Shown here: in pieces, positions 53,695-62,538 of the stretch
Position numbering within the stretch: position 1 is the first letter of the stretch
How the letters are laid out: each line of letters opens with the position of its first letter
Assembly: GCA_021801925.1 (NCBI GenBank)
Contig: JAKABH010000003.1
Span: 1-62,538, forward strand
Direction: 5' to 3'
Source of the DNA: Thermoplasmata archaeon
GTDB taxonomy: Archaea > Thermoplasmatota > Thermoplasmata > Lutacidiplasmatales > UBA184
DNA: 62,538 nt
Notes under the pieces: model-generated
Database searches by the model: none
The model's input: the letters and a program-made list of their open reading frames with translations, nothing else
What the model was told of the DNA's origin: nothing
Translations under genes and position numbers: made by a program

Positions 53695-54909
53695 ATGGCC
53701 GGGAAGATGCCGCCGGAGACGCCCGGGGAGCGATTCGACCCGTTGGTCGTGCTGGGGGGCGGATACGCCGGGCTCACGGTCGCCCAGCAGTTCGCCCATC
53801 GGACGCGGGATCGGGCGGCGGTCGTCGTCGTCGACCGCGAGCCGGTGCACGTGCTGCGCACGGAGCTGTACGAGATCGGCCGACTGGCCGCCGCCGGGCG
53901 GGATGTCGCGCCGTGGACGGTGCCGCTTGCCCGCGCGCTGGAACGGCCGAACATCTCGGTGCGGACCGGCACGGTCCGGTCGATCGACCTCGCCGCCCGG
54001 CGCGTGCAGCTGGAGGACGGGGAGATCGCCTTCGGCGCCCTCGCGATCGCGCTGGGGAGCGAGCCGGCGTACTACGGCGTTCCGGGGGCCGCCGAGCAGA
54101 CCCACGAGGTCTACCGGCTTTCGGGGGCGGTGCGGCTGGCGGCCGCGGTCCGCGCGGTGGAGGCCGCCTCGCCGGCGCTGCCCGGGGAGCGTCGCCCCCG
54201 CTTTGTCGTTGTCGGCGGCGGGTCGACCGGCACGGAGCTCGCCGCCGAGCTCGCCACGGTCGACTGGGCCCACGTCACCGGGGTCGCAGCCCGTCCGCCC
54301 GAGGTCGTGCTCCTCACCGGTTCGCTTCCGTTCCTCGCCGGATTCTCCCCGACGCTCATCGCCCGCGCCCGGACCGGCCTCCGCCGGGCCGGCGTCTCGG
54401 TCGTGACCGGATGGAACGTCCGCCGGGTCGACCCCGGCCGCGTCGAGCTCGAGGACGGGAGCGTCTTCGTCTGCGACCTTACCGTCTGGTGCGCCGGTCT
54501 CGAAGCCCCCAGCCTGGTCCGCCAGCTCCCGGTCCCGCACGGCCCGGGGGGCCGCATCGCCGTCGAACCGACGCTCGAGATCCCGGGGCATCCCGGGGTC
54601 TTCGCGATCGGGGATGCGGCGGATCTTCGCGATCCGGAGAGCGGGCTCCGGGTCCCCGGGACCGCCCAGGCGGCGCTCGCCGAGGGCCGGGCGGCGGCGG
54701 CGAACCTGGTCGCCCGCCGGCGAGGGGAGGCACTGACCCCGTTCCGCTACCGCGAACGCGGGGCCGTCGTGGCGCTCGGGATCGGCGAGGCGGCGGGCGC
54801 GGTCCGCCAGCTGTCGCTCGGGGGGAGCCCGGCGTCGCTGCTGAAGCGGCTCGTCCAGCGGGATTACGCCCGTTCGGTGGAGCGCGGCGAACCCCCGTCC
54901 CTCATCTGA
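53695..54909 (+). CDS. Type II NADH dehydrogenase / FAD-dependent pyridine nucleotide-disulfide oxidoreductase
   Basis: ATG at 53695 within ORF 52663..54909. Motifs: LVVLGGGYAGL, FVVVGGGSTGTELAAEL, VFAIGDAA. Confidence 0.8.
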   Translation: MAGKMPPETPGERFDPLVVLGGGYAGLTVAQQFAHRTRDRAAVVVVDREPVHVLRTELYEIGRLAAAGRDVAPWTVPLARALERPNISVRTGTVRSIDLAARRVQLEDGEIAFGALAIALGSEPAYYGVPGAAEQTHEVYRLSGAVRLAAAVRAVEAASPALPGERRPRFVVVGGGSTGTELAAELATVDWAHVTGVAARPPEVVLLTGSLPFLAGFSPTLIARARTGLRRAGVSVVTGWNVRRVDPGRVELEDGSVFVCDLTVWCAGLEAPSLVRQLPVPHGPGGRIAVEPTLEIPGHPGVFAIGDAADLRDPESGLRVPGTAQAALAEGRAAAANLVARRRGEALTPFRYRERGAVVALGIGEAAGAVRQLSLGGSPASLLKRLVQRDYARSVERGEPPSLI

Positions 54910-54954
54910 GGGTGCACCGAACGGCTAAGGGGACGTCGGGGCTTCCCCCGTCCG

Positions 54955-55929
54955 ATGAAGGCCCTCGTCCTGATCGGAGGGTTCGGCACCCGCCTGCGGC
55001 CGCTGACCCATTCGGTCCCGAAGCAGCTGATCCCGATTGCCGGCCAGCCGATGCTCTACCACGTCCTCGACCTCCTGCCGCCGGACGTCGAGGAGATCGT
55101 CCTCGCAACCGGCTACAAATCCGAGACGATCGACGCGTTCGTGCGGGCGCATCCGCCGCGCTGGCCGGTGCGGACCGTCCCCGAGGCGGAGCCGCTCGGC
55201 ACCGGCGGGGGGATGAAGAACGCCGGCGGCGATCTCTCCGACCCGTTCTACCTGCTGAACTCGGACGTCATCGCCTCCGCCGACCTGGGGGCGCTCCGCG
55301 CGGCGCACGCCGCCCACGGAGGGCTCGGGACGATGGCGCTCGCTCACGTCGAGGATACCCGGCCCTACGGCGTCGCGGCGCTCGAGGGGAACGACCGGAT
55401 CTCCCGGTTCGTCGAGAAGCCCGAACCCGCCGAGGCGCCGTCGCACTGGATCAACGCCGGGATCGGGATCTGGGGCCGCGGAGCGCTCGAGGCGATCCCG
55501 GCGGGACGGCCGGTGAGCTTCGAGCGGGAGGTCGTGCCGGGGCTGTTGGAGCGCGGCGTCTACGGATTCCGCCTCGCCCGCTACTGGGAGGACGCCGGGA
55601 CCCCCGAACGGCTCCTCCACGCCCAGCGGCTGCTGTTCGACGACGGGCGGGGCGGAAGCGGGAGCCGGCCGAAGGGATCGCTGGGATCCGGCCCGATCGC
55701 CGCGGCGGCCGATGTCGTCGCCGCCGGCGCCTCCTTCGGCCCGTACGTCACCCTCGGGGCCGGCGTGCAGGTCGGCGCGGGGGCGCATGTCGAGAACTCG
55801 GTGCTGATGGACGGGGTGCGGGTCGAGCCGGGCGCCTTCGTCTCGGGATGCCTCCTCGGGCCGCGCGCCCGGGTCGGCGCGGGGCACCGGCTCGTCGGTC
55901 AGACGATCGGCGAGGCGGGCGAGGTCTAA
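54955..55929 (+). CDS. NDP-sugar pyrophosphorylase (mannose-1-phosphate guanylyltransferase-like) with left-handed beta-helix C-terminus
   Basis: ORF 54955..55929. Motifs: MKALVLIGGFGTRLRPLTHSVPKQLIPIAG, EPLGTGGG, YGV, INAGI, and hexapeptide-like repeats at the C-terminus. Confidence 0.8.
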   Translation: MKALVLIGGFGTRLRPLTHSVPKQLIPIAGQPMLYHVLDLLPPDVEEIVLATGYKSETIDAFVRAHPPRWPVRTVPEAEPLGTGGGMKNAGGDLSDPFYLLNSDVIASADLGALRAAHAAHGGLGTMALAHVEDTRPYGVAALEGNDRISRFVEKPEPAEAPSHWINAGIGIWGRGALEAIPAGRPVSFEREVVPGLLERGVYGFRLARYWEDAGTPERLLHAQRLLFDDGRGGSGSRPKGSLGSGPIAAAADVVAAGASFGPYVTLGAGVQVGAGAHVENSVLMDGVRVEPGAFVSGCLLGPRARVGAGHRLVGQTIGEAGEV

Positions 55930-56969
55930 CCGTCGAACGCCGGCCCGGTGACGACGACCTTCACCGCCTCGGCGGGGGTCGCGGCGAGGCGGAACGCCTC
56001 GTCGAAGCGGGCGAGCGGGAGGCGGTGGCTCACGAGGTCGTCGAGCCGCAGGCGGCCCTCCACGACCTGCCGGTGGACCTCCGCCATGTCCGCTTCGGTC
56101 GTGGCGTACGACGGGATCAGCCGGACCCCCCGCAGGTAAAGGTCCTGGAGATCGGCGTCCAGGCGGCTGCCGGCGTCCGGCAGCCCGAAGAGGTTCACGG
56201 TCCCCCCGCGCCGGACGAGCCGGGTCGCCTCCCGGATCACCGCGGGATGCCCGGTCGCGACGACCGCGAGGTCGACCCCCATCCCTTCCGTGGCGCGGTC
56301 GACGGCGGCGCGGGCCGCCCCGTCGTCCCGCGGATCGACCGTCACGTCGACCCCGTCCCGTTCCCCGGCGGCGCGGCGGAGGGGGGAGATCTCGGTCCCC
56401 CCGACCCAGCCGGCGCCGAGCGCCCGGGCCGCCCGGGCGTAGAGGAGCCCCACCGGGCCGAGCCCGAGCACGAAGACGCGGGCGCCGCTCGGGAGACCGA
56501 CCTTCCGCAGCGCGGTGACCGCGCAGCCGGCCGGCTCGATCAGCGCCGCGGCCGGCCAGGTGACCCGGTCGTCGAGCCGGAGCACCGCGCCCCGCTCGAC
56601 GTTCTCCGCCGGCACCCGGAACGCCTCGGCGAAGCCGCCGGGGTCGATGTTCGTCCGCGAGTACGTCGGGCAGAACGTGAGATCCCCCCGGGCGCAGACG
56701 GCGCACCGGTAGCACGGGACATGGTGGTGGACCGCCACCCGGTCGCCGACCGAGAGCCCCCGGACCCCGTCGCCGACCTCGCGGATCCGTCCCGCCGGTT
56801 CGTGGCCGATCTTGCCCGCGGTCTGGTAGTTCCCCCGGAGCTTCTCGAGATCGGTGCCGCAGACGCCGCAGGCGGCAAGGTCGACGACGACCTCGCCGCG
56901 CCCGGCCGTCGGGCGCGGGAGGTCGACGAGCTCGAGGCGGCCCGGGCCGGCGAGCCGGCCGACCTTCAT
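55926..56969 (-). CDS. Zinc-dependent alcohol dehydrogenase family (threonine/sorbitol dehydrogenase-like)
   Basis: The ATG at 56969 overlaps the upstream stop (ATGA). Motifs: CGVCGTDL, GHEPAG, structural zinc site CYRCAVCARGDLTFC, VLGLGPVG. Confidence 0.8.
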   Translation of the reverse strand: MKVGRLAGPGRLELVDLPRPTAGRGEVVVDLAACGVCGTDLEKLRGNYQTAGKIGHEPAGRIREVGDGVRGLSVGDRVAVHHHVPCYRCAVCARGDLTFCPTYSRTNIDPGGFAEAFRVPAENVERGAVLRLDDRVTWPAAALIEPAGCAVTALRKVGLPSGARVFVLGLGPVGLLYARAARALGAGWVGGTEISPLRRAAGERDGVDVTVDPRDDGAARAAVDRATEGMGVDLAVVATGHPAVIREATRLVRRGGTVNLFGLPDAGSRLDADLQDLYLRGVRLIPSYATTEADMAEVHRQVVEGRLRLDDLVSHRLPLARFDEAFRLAATPAEAVKVVVTGPAFDG

Positions 56970-58342
56970 GGGGCGGCGCGGGCGGCCCGGATCGCCGCGT
57001 CGAGGATCTCGACCCCTTCGTCGATCTCCTCGGGCCGGACGATGAGCGGCGGAATGTACCGGATCGAGGAGCGCCCGCAGCCGAGCAGGATCAACCCGCG
57101 TTTGTACGACTCCTCGAGGACCCGGTCCCGGAACCGGGGGTCCGGCTCCTTGGTGGTCCGGTCGCGGACGAACTCGGTCGCCACCATGAGGCCGATCCCG
57201 CGGACGTCCCCGATCTCGGGGTGGTGCCGGGCGATCTCGGTGATCTGCTGCTTGAGCCGCCCGCCCTGCGTGCGGGCGTTCTCGAGAAGCCGCTCCCGCT
57301 CGATCACCCCGATCATCGCGAGGGAGGCGGCGGAGGCGACCAGGTTCCCGCCGAAGGTGTTCGAGTGGGCCCCCGCGGCCAGATCGAGGTCGGCGCGCAG
57401 GATGACGGCGCCCATCGGCAGCCCGCCGCCGATCGCCTTCGCCATCGTGACGAGGTCCGGGACGACCCCGTGGTGCTCGATGGCGAACCAGGCGCCGGTC
57501 CGGCCGACCCCCGACTGGACCTCGTCGGCGATCAGGAGGATCCCCTGCTCGTCCAGGATCCGCTTGATCTCGGCGAACCACCCCTTCGGCGGGACGACGT
57601 AGCCGCCTTCGCCCATCACCGGCTCGGCGATGAACGCGGCGACGTCGTCCGGCGGGATCGTCGTCTCGAAGTAGAGCTCCTTCAGGATCTTCGCGCAGTA
57701 GAGGTCGCAGCTCGGGTACTCGAGCTGGTACGGGCAGCGGTAGCAGTTCGGCGCGGGGATGTGGTGGCCGCCGCCGGCGTACGGCGCGAAGCGGGCGCGC
57801 TGGACCGCCTTCGAGGCAGTCATCGTGAGGGCGCCCATCGAGCGGCCGTGGAAGCCGCCGAGCAGGCCGATCGTGATCGGCCGCTGGCGCTGCCAGCGGG
57901 CGATCTTGAGCGCCGCCTCGGCGCTCTCGGTGCCGCTGTTCGTGAAGAAGACCTTCTTCTCGTGGGTTCCCGGGGCGAGGCTCGCGATCTTCTCCGCGAG
58001 CGTCACCTGGAGGTCGTAGTAGAAGTCGGTCCCGGCGAAGTGGGCGAGCGTCCCCGCCTGCTCCCGGATCGCCCGGACGACGTCCGGGTGGCAGTGCCCC
58101 ACGGCGTGCACCGCGATCCCCGCGGCGAAGTCGAGGAGCCGGTTCCCGTCGACGTCCGTGACCCAGACGCCGCTCGCGCTGGCGGCGACGATCGGGGCCG
58201 ATTTCGTCGAGGTCATGAGCGCGCGGCGATCGCGGTCCACGATCGCCCGGGCCCGCGGCCCCGGGATCGGCGAGACCAGCCGCACGCCTCGGGTGGGACC
58301 GCTGGCCGCCGGGACACCGGCGGCGACCGTCGACTCGCTCAT
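56966..58342 (-). CDS. Class III PLP-dependent aminotransferase (acetylornithine/4-aminobutyrate type)
   Basis: ORF 56966..58366. ATG at 58342 is preferred, with a TATA-like CATTTTAG ~30 nt upstream. Motifs: LLDFAAGIAVHAVGHCHP, FFTNSGTESAEAALK, LIADEVQSGVGRTG, DLVTMAKAIGGG. Confidence 0.85.
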   Translation of the reverse strand: MSESTVAAGVPAASGPTRGVRLVSPIPGPRARAIVDRDRRALMTSTKSAPIVAASASGVWVTDVDGNRLLDFAAGIAVHAVGHCHPDVVRAIREQAGTLAHFAGTDFYYDLQVTLAEKIASLAPGTHEKKVFFTNSGTESAEAALKIARWQRQRPITIGLLGGFHGRSMGALTMTASKAVQRARFAPYAGGGHHIPAPNCYRCPYQLEYPSCDLYCAKILKELYFETTIPPDDVAAFIAEPVMGEGGYVVPPKGWFAEIKRILDEQGILLIADEVQSGVGRTGAWFAIEHHGVVPDLVTMAKAIGGGLPMGAVILRADLDLAAGAHSNTFGGNLVASAASLAMIGVIERERLLENARTQGGRLKQQITEIARHHPEIGDVRGIGLMVATEFVRDRTTKEPDPRFRDRVLEESYKRGLILLGCGRSSIRYIPPLIVRPEEIDEGVEILDAAIRAARAAP

Positions 58343-58471
58343 GGAGGACCGGCCTCGAACGGCCACGCGGGGCTAAAATGCTCGCGGTGGAGCTCGCTGG
58401 ACCGAAGTCGTCACGTGGAGGCCGTCCTTTAAGCCCCGACCTTTGGCTCGCCCTCCCGACGGGGGACGGCA

Positions 58472-58753
58472 GTGGCGGAGGACCGACCGGCGGTCGAGCC
58501 GGACGAACGGCCGGTCGAGGAGGTGGTCCCGGCCCGCGCGGTCCTGACGGAGCTCGCCCGCGGCTTCCTGCTCGTCCAGGAGTCGAACCCGCTCAAGGCG
58601 CGCCAGTTCGCCGAGACGTTCCTCCGGGAGCAGAGCGGCGGGGCGGCCCCGACGCGCGTCGAGCCCGTGCGGAAGGTGACGATGGCCCGGCTCACGCTCG
58701 GGCGGGGGCCGCGCGGGGCGGTCGAGCCCCGCGGGTCGGGACTGCTTCGGTAG
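58472..58753 (+). CDS. Small hypothetical protein (93 aa)
   Basis: ORF 58472..58753 with a GTG start. Almost every codon ends in G/C, matching the genuine genes here. It fills an otherwise empty 325-nt gap. No family recognised. Confidence 0.4.
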   Translation: MAEDRPAVEPDERPVEEVVPARAVLTELARGFLLVQESNPLKARQFAETFLREQSGGAAPTRVEPVRKVTMARLTLGRGPRGAVEPRGSGLLR

Positions 58754-59738
58754 CGGAGGCTGGGGCGGGCACGCCCGCGTCGCGGACCTCGATGTACCGG
58801 GCGAGATCGCGGCGGAACGACGGGCGCGTGAGGCAGATCCGGACCCCGGTCGGGTCGCCGAAGAACGATCCCGGGCAGACGAGGACGGAGGCGCGGAGGC
58901 ACCGCTCGGCGAGGGCGTCCCCGTCTCCGTCCGGGGCCCGGTCGAGATAGACGGGGGCGTCGATCGACGGGACGGCCGGGAGCGCGCGCCGGAGCGCGGT
59001 GCGGTTCCGGTTGAACAGGGCTCGGACCCGGCGGGCGATCTCCTCCCGGCCCTCGAGGAGCGCGAGCGCCGAGGCGGCCGAGAACGCCGGGATGTCGTCC
59101 AGGACGGTCGAGTGGAGCCGGTCGAACCCGGCGACCTCCTCCGGCGGGGCCACGGCGTAGCCGACCCGGGCGGAGTCGGCTCCGAAGAACTTCGTGAACG
59201 TGCCGGTCGTCCAGAGACCGGGGCTGCCGGCCTCCGCGTGGGACGGGCGGCCGGCGAACTCGCGGAACGTCTCGTCGAGCAGGACCGACCTGGCGCCGTC
59301 CGTCCAGCGGGCGAGCTCGGTAGAGGTCCACCCGAGGCCCTCCGGGTTGCGCGGCAGGGAGAGGAGGGCGACGGAGGCCGGATCGTCGGTCTCGACCGGC
59401 CGGAACCCGGCCAGCTCGGCGGCCGTGACCAGCGGGGGGTATTCCGGCAGATGGATACGGCAGAGCCGGCGGGACCCCCGGGACCGGGAGGCGAGGTAGA
59501 AGAGCACCCACGCATTCGCCTCGGTCGCCCCGTGGGTCATGAAGATCCGGGAGCGGTCGACCCGGAGGTAGTCGGCCAGCGCGGTCCGGAGCTCCTCGTT
59601 CCAGGCATCGGCGGACTTGCGGCCGACCTGGGCGGGGGTCACCTCGGGCCCGGGTACGACCCCGCCCATCCCGCTCTTGGCGAGGTTGTACCGACAGTCC
59701 GCGTGGGCGTCGATCCAGTCCGAGAGCGGGAAGTGCAT
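58692..59738 (-). CDS. Class I/II PLP-dependent aminotransferase (histidinol-phosphate aminotransferase/decarboxylase-like)
   Basis: ORF 58692..59738. Motifs: HGATEAN, LSLPRNPEG, TGTFTKFFGADSARVGY (SxSK-like PLP lysine). Confidence 0.7.
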   Translation of the reverse strand: MHFPLSDWIDAHADCRYNLAKSGMGGVVPGPEVTPAQVGRKSADAWNEELRTALADYLRVDRSRIFMTHGATEANAWVLFYLASRSRGSRRLCRIHLPEYPPLVTAAELAGFRPVETDDPASVALLSLPRNPEGLGWTSTELARWTDGARSVLLDETFREFAGRPSHAEAGSPGLWTTGTFTKFFGADSARVGYAVAPPEEVAGFDRLHSTVLDDIPAFSAASALALLEGREEIARRVRALFNRNRTALRRALPAVPSIDAPVYLDRAPDGDGDALAERCLRASVLVCPGSFFGDPTGVRICLTRPSFRRDLARYIEVRDAGVPAPASATEAVPTRGARPPRAAPARA

Positions 59739-59837
59739 GGCGATGAGACCGGGGCGCCCCGTTTAAGCCGACCGGGCCGCCCGCCCGCTGCGGGTCGACG
59801 CAAACCCTCTTGAACCGTTCGACCGGCCCTTCGTATC

Positions 59838-60323
59838 ATGGCCCGCCCTTCCCCTCCCCCCTCCGTACGGGTCGGTCCGAACGGGCGGATCCTCGCCCTT
59901 TCGGTCGCCTGGTTCACCGAAGGGGCACGGCTGCGGACCGAGGCCCGACGGGCGGCGCGGTGCGTCGAATGCGGGCGGAGTTTGCCGTCACGGCGGACCC
60001 CCTACTGCTCCCGGAAATGCCAGTGGAAGTTCCACGGCCACTTCTTCTGGGACTCCGCCCGATCGTACGTCCTCCTGCGCGACCGCTACACCTGCCGCCT
60101 CTGCGGGGTCCGTCGCCGCGCCCGGGAGCTCGACGTCGACCACATCGTCGAGGTCGCCCTCGGCGGGGCGGCGCTGGAGTACTCGAACCTGCAGACCGTC
60201 TGCCGCACGTGCCACCGGGAGAAGACGCGCGCGTTCAACGCCCGGGCCCGTTCCGGCGGGGCCCGACCGGAACCGGCGGAGGCCGCCGTCGCCCCCTCCG
60301 AGAGAGGGGCGTCGGAAGCGTAG
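59838..60323 (+). CDS. HNH endonuclease with N-terminal zinc ribbon
   Basis: ORF 59838..60323. Motifs: CVECGRSL..YCSRKC; CRLCG...LDVDHIVEVALGG...NLQTVCRTCHREKT. Confidence 0.75.
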   Translation: MARPSPPPSVRVGPNGRILALSVAWFTEGARLRTEARRAARCVECGRSLPSRRTPYCSRKCQWKFHGHFFWDSARSYVLLRDRYTCRLCGVRRRARELDVDHIVEVALGGAALEYSNLQTVCRTCHREKTRAFNARARSGGARPEPAEAAVAPSERGASEA

Positions 60324-60430
60324 GGTCGTTCCGCCGCGCTCCGACGGACGGTCCGCGGCGGTCGTCCCGGGCACAACCGACATCTACCCCGCCCGGCTCC
60401 CCGTCCTCGGGGATCGATACGAGCGTCCGG

Positions 60431-61759
60431 GTGGTGCTGGGAGCCCAGTTCGGGGACGAGGCGAAGGGGAAGATCTCGGATTACCTTTCGGCGGAGGCCC
60501 GGTACGTCGTCCGGTCGGGGGGCGGCCCGAACACCGGCCACACGATCGAGCTCCCCGAGGGGAAGGTCGTCCTCCACCTCCTCGCCTGCGGCGTCCTCCG
60601 CCACGGCGTCACGGGGATCAGCGGCCCGGGGATGGTGATCAACCCGTTCCAGATCCGGGACGAGATCCTCGATCTCGAGCGGCGGGGACTCCGACGGGGG
60701 GAGATCGTGATCTCCGACCGCGCGCACGTCCTGCTGCCGCTCCACGAACTGGAGGACGCCTGGGAGGACGATCTCCGGTCGAAGGGGGACCCGGCGGCCG
60801 GGCTCGGCACCACGCGCCGCGGCGTCGGACCGGCCTACGAGGACCGGTATGGCCGCTGGGGGATCCGCATGGGCGATCTCTCCCGGCCGGCGATCGTGAA
60901 GGAGCGGCTCGCGCTCCTCTACGCCCGCAAGGCGCATCTTCCGAACCTGCCCCCGATGGAGGAGCTGGCGGGCCGCCTCGCGGAGGTCGGCGGGGCGCTG
61001 GCGCCGTACATCCGGTCGACCGAGACCCTCCTCTGGGATGCGCTCGGGCGGGGGGAGTCCGTCCTGATCGAAGGCGCCCAGAGCGCGCTCCTCGACATCG
61101 ACTTCGGGACCTACCCGTTCGTCACGAGCTCCCATCCCACGAGCGCCGGGGCGATGATGGGCAGCGGCATCCCGCCGACGGAGCTCGATTCGGTCGTCGG
61201 CGTGACGAAGGCGTACTGCACGCGCGTCGGGGCCGGTCCGTTCCCGACCGAGGAGAGCGGGGAGCGGGGGGAGTTCCTCCGCCGTGTCGGGGGCGAGCAC
61301 GGGGCGACGACCGGCCGCGCCCGCCGCTGCGGCTGGCTCGATCTCGTCCTGCTGCGGTATGCGGCCCGGCTGAACGGGTTCACCTCGCTCGCCGTCACCA
61401 AGGTCGACGTCCTCGGGGGCCTCGATTCGTTCCCGGTCTGCGTCCAGTACCGGATGCCCGACGGAAGCCTCCTACGGGACGCCCCGCCGCTGCAGGCGAG
61501 CGATCTCGCCGCCGCCACGCCGGTCTATGAGGAGATCCCCGGCTGGCCGGAGGTCCACGAACGGCTCAAGGAGCGGCTCCGCCGGGACGGGAGCCCGGCG
61601 CTGCCGCCCGCCCTCCGGCGCTTCCTCGAGTTCCTCACCGTGGAGACGGGCGTGCCGGTGGAGTACGTCGGCTACGGCCCCCACCGGGACGAGACCGTCC
61701 ATCTCGATCCGACGACCGTGCCCCGCCGCGGCCCGGGTCTCAGCGCGTGGTCGGGCTGA
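60431..61759 (+). CDS. purA: Adenylosuccinate synthetase
   Basis: GTG at 60431 within ORF 59810..61759. Motifs: VVLGAQFGDEAKGK, GGPNTGHT, GTTRRGVGPAYEDRYGR, LIEGAQSALLDIDFGTYPFVTSS, TKAYCTRVGAGPFPTE, GATTGRARRCGWLD. Confidence 0.9.
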   Translation: MVLGAQFGDEAKGKISDYLSAEARYVVRSGGGPNTGHTIELPEGKVVLHLLACGVLRHGVTGISGPGMVINPFQIRDEILDLERRGLRRGEIVISDRAHVLLPLHELEDAWEDDLRSKGDPAAGLGTTRRGVGPAYEDRYGRWGIRMGDLSRPAIVKERLALLYARKAHLPNLPPMEELAGRLAEVGGALAPYIRSTETLLWDALGRGESVLIEGAQSALLDIDFGTYPFVTSSHPTSAGAMMGSGIPPTELDSVVGVTKAYCTRVGAGPFPTEESGERGEFLRRVGGEHGATTGRARRCGWLDLVLLRYAARLNGFTSLAVTKVDVLGGLDSFPVCVQYRMPDGSLLRDAPPLQASDLAAATPVYEEIPGWPEVHERLKERLRRDGSPALPPALRRFLEFLTVETGVPVEYVGYGPHRDETVHLDPTTVPRRGPGLSAWSG

Positions 61760-62538
61760 ACCTCGTCGGCGGCGCGGATCCCCTCCTCTGCCTCTCGTTC
61801 GTCGGAGGGTTCGTCGTCGGCCGGCTGGTCCGGCGCCGGAGCCCGTGGATCTCCTACGCGACCCTGGGGACGGTCGTCCTCATCGTCACCCTGTTCGGCG
61901 CCTCGCTGGCCAGCGAGCCGGTCGTGCGCCTCCTGGAGACGATCCCGGCCGCCCTTCTCCTCGTGGCGGTCATCGGGATCGCCACCGTGGGGGTCGCGGT
62001 CGGGCTCCTCCGGGCGACCCGTCGGGGGGCTGGACTGCCTCCCCTCACCCCGACCCCCGCCGGCCGGATCTCCCTGCCTCCGCTGCTGATCGGCGCGTTG
62101 GTCGTCGGCTACGTGCTGGGCCGGTTCGTCGCCCTCCCGACCTCGACCGTGATCCCGTGGGTCCTCTACGCGATGGTCGCGCTCGTCGCCTTCGGCCTCG
62201 AATTGCATCTCGCCGACCTGAAGACGCTCTGGATCCCGCTGGTCGCCGCCCCGGTGGGGGCGACGGTCGGCGCGATCGTGATCGTGCTGTGGCTCGGCCT
62301 CTCGGCGCCGGTCGCGCTGGCCACGACCTTCGGGATGGCGTGGTACTCGCTCGCCGGGCCGCTCGTCGCCGCCCGGGCGGGGGCCGTCGTCGGCCTGCTC
62401 GCCTTCCTCGTGAACTTCTGGTATGGGGGGTTCGAGGTGAGGAGTGAATCCTCGGGCTCCCTTCGGTTCACTCGGGGGGAAGGGTGTGCGGGAACTTCTG
62501 GAGGCTTCGTCCTCGAACGTAAGCAGGCACCCCGAGCC
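61747..62538 (+). CDS. LysO/DUF340-family membrane protein. The reading frame looks disturbed after about 62421 and runs off the window.
   Basis: Not in the ORF track because there is no stop inside the window. The GTG at 61747 overlaps the purA end by 13 nt. Reads VVGLNLVGGADPLLCLSFVGGFVVGRL...FGMAWYSLAGPLVAARAGAVVGLLAFLVN. G/C-ending codon bias decays after 62421. Confidence 0.55.
   Translation, partial: MVGLNLVGGADPLLCLSFVGGFVVGRLVRRRSPWISYATLGTVVLIVTLFGASLASEPVVRLLETIPAALLLVAVIGIATVGVAVGLLRATRRGAGLPPLTPTPAGRISLPPLLIGALVVGYVLGRFVALPTSTVIPWVLYAMVALVAFGLELHLADLKTLWIPLVAAPVGATVGAIVIVLWLGLSAPVALATTFGMAWYSLAGPLVAARAGAVVGLLAFLVNFWYGGFEVRSESSGSLRFTRGEGCAGTSGGFVLERKQAPRA

Overview
High-G+C archaeal chromosome segment. 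Archaeal origin is supported by NAC, Dph2, Nop5, a PAC2 proteasome chaperone, a class-II HMG-CoA reductase and an A1:U72 initiator tRNA. Together with gyrB and grpE this suggests a Thermoplasmatota-like euryarchaeon, which is inference only. I support about 55 protein genes, 3 tRNA genes, 1 intact IS element and several mobile-element scars. Genes are tightly packed with many ATGA/GTGA start-stop overlaps. Many starts sit 23-30 nt downstream of a short A/T-rich TATA-like box, which suggests leaderless mRNAs.

The housekeeping backbone is interrupted by three patches that look lower in G+C by eye. Each lies immediately 3' of a tRNA gene:
- 2.09-4.08 kb next to tRNA-iMet: an orphan sequon-rich membrane glycoprotein and broken gene remnants.
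- 12.5-15.6 kb next to tRNA-Thr: a tyrosine integrase with a frame break, plus a translationally coupled wHTH/nucleotidyltransferase (AbiE-like) pair.
- 41.5-47.2 kb next to tRNA-Cys: a paralogous integrase N-terminal remnant, an MFS gene, a beta-propeller gene, an IS630-like scar and an intact IS66-family element with 8-bp target duplication.

Items I consider most worth follow-up:
- An initiator tRNA carrying a ~28-nt insertion in the D-loop.
- A 4xCBS protein whose C-terminus looks like a ribosome-hibernation (HPF/RaiA) fold, sitting among ribosome and proteostasis genes.
- The AbiE-like module on the tRNA-Thr element.
- A UDP-sulfoquinovose glycosylation cluster, matched by surface proteins with one N-glycosylation sequon per repeat.

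All homology calls come from motif recognition by eye. Start codons are best guesses. No database search or folding was run. The very long Arg/Pro/Gly-rich ORFs in the track are treated as G+C shadow ORFs.
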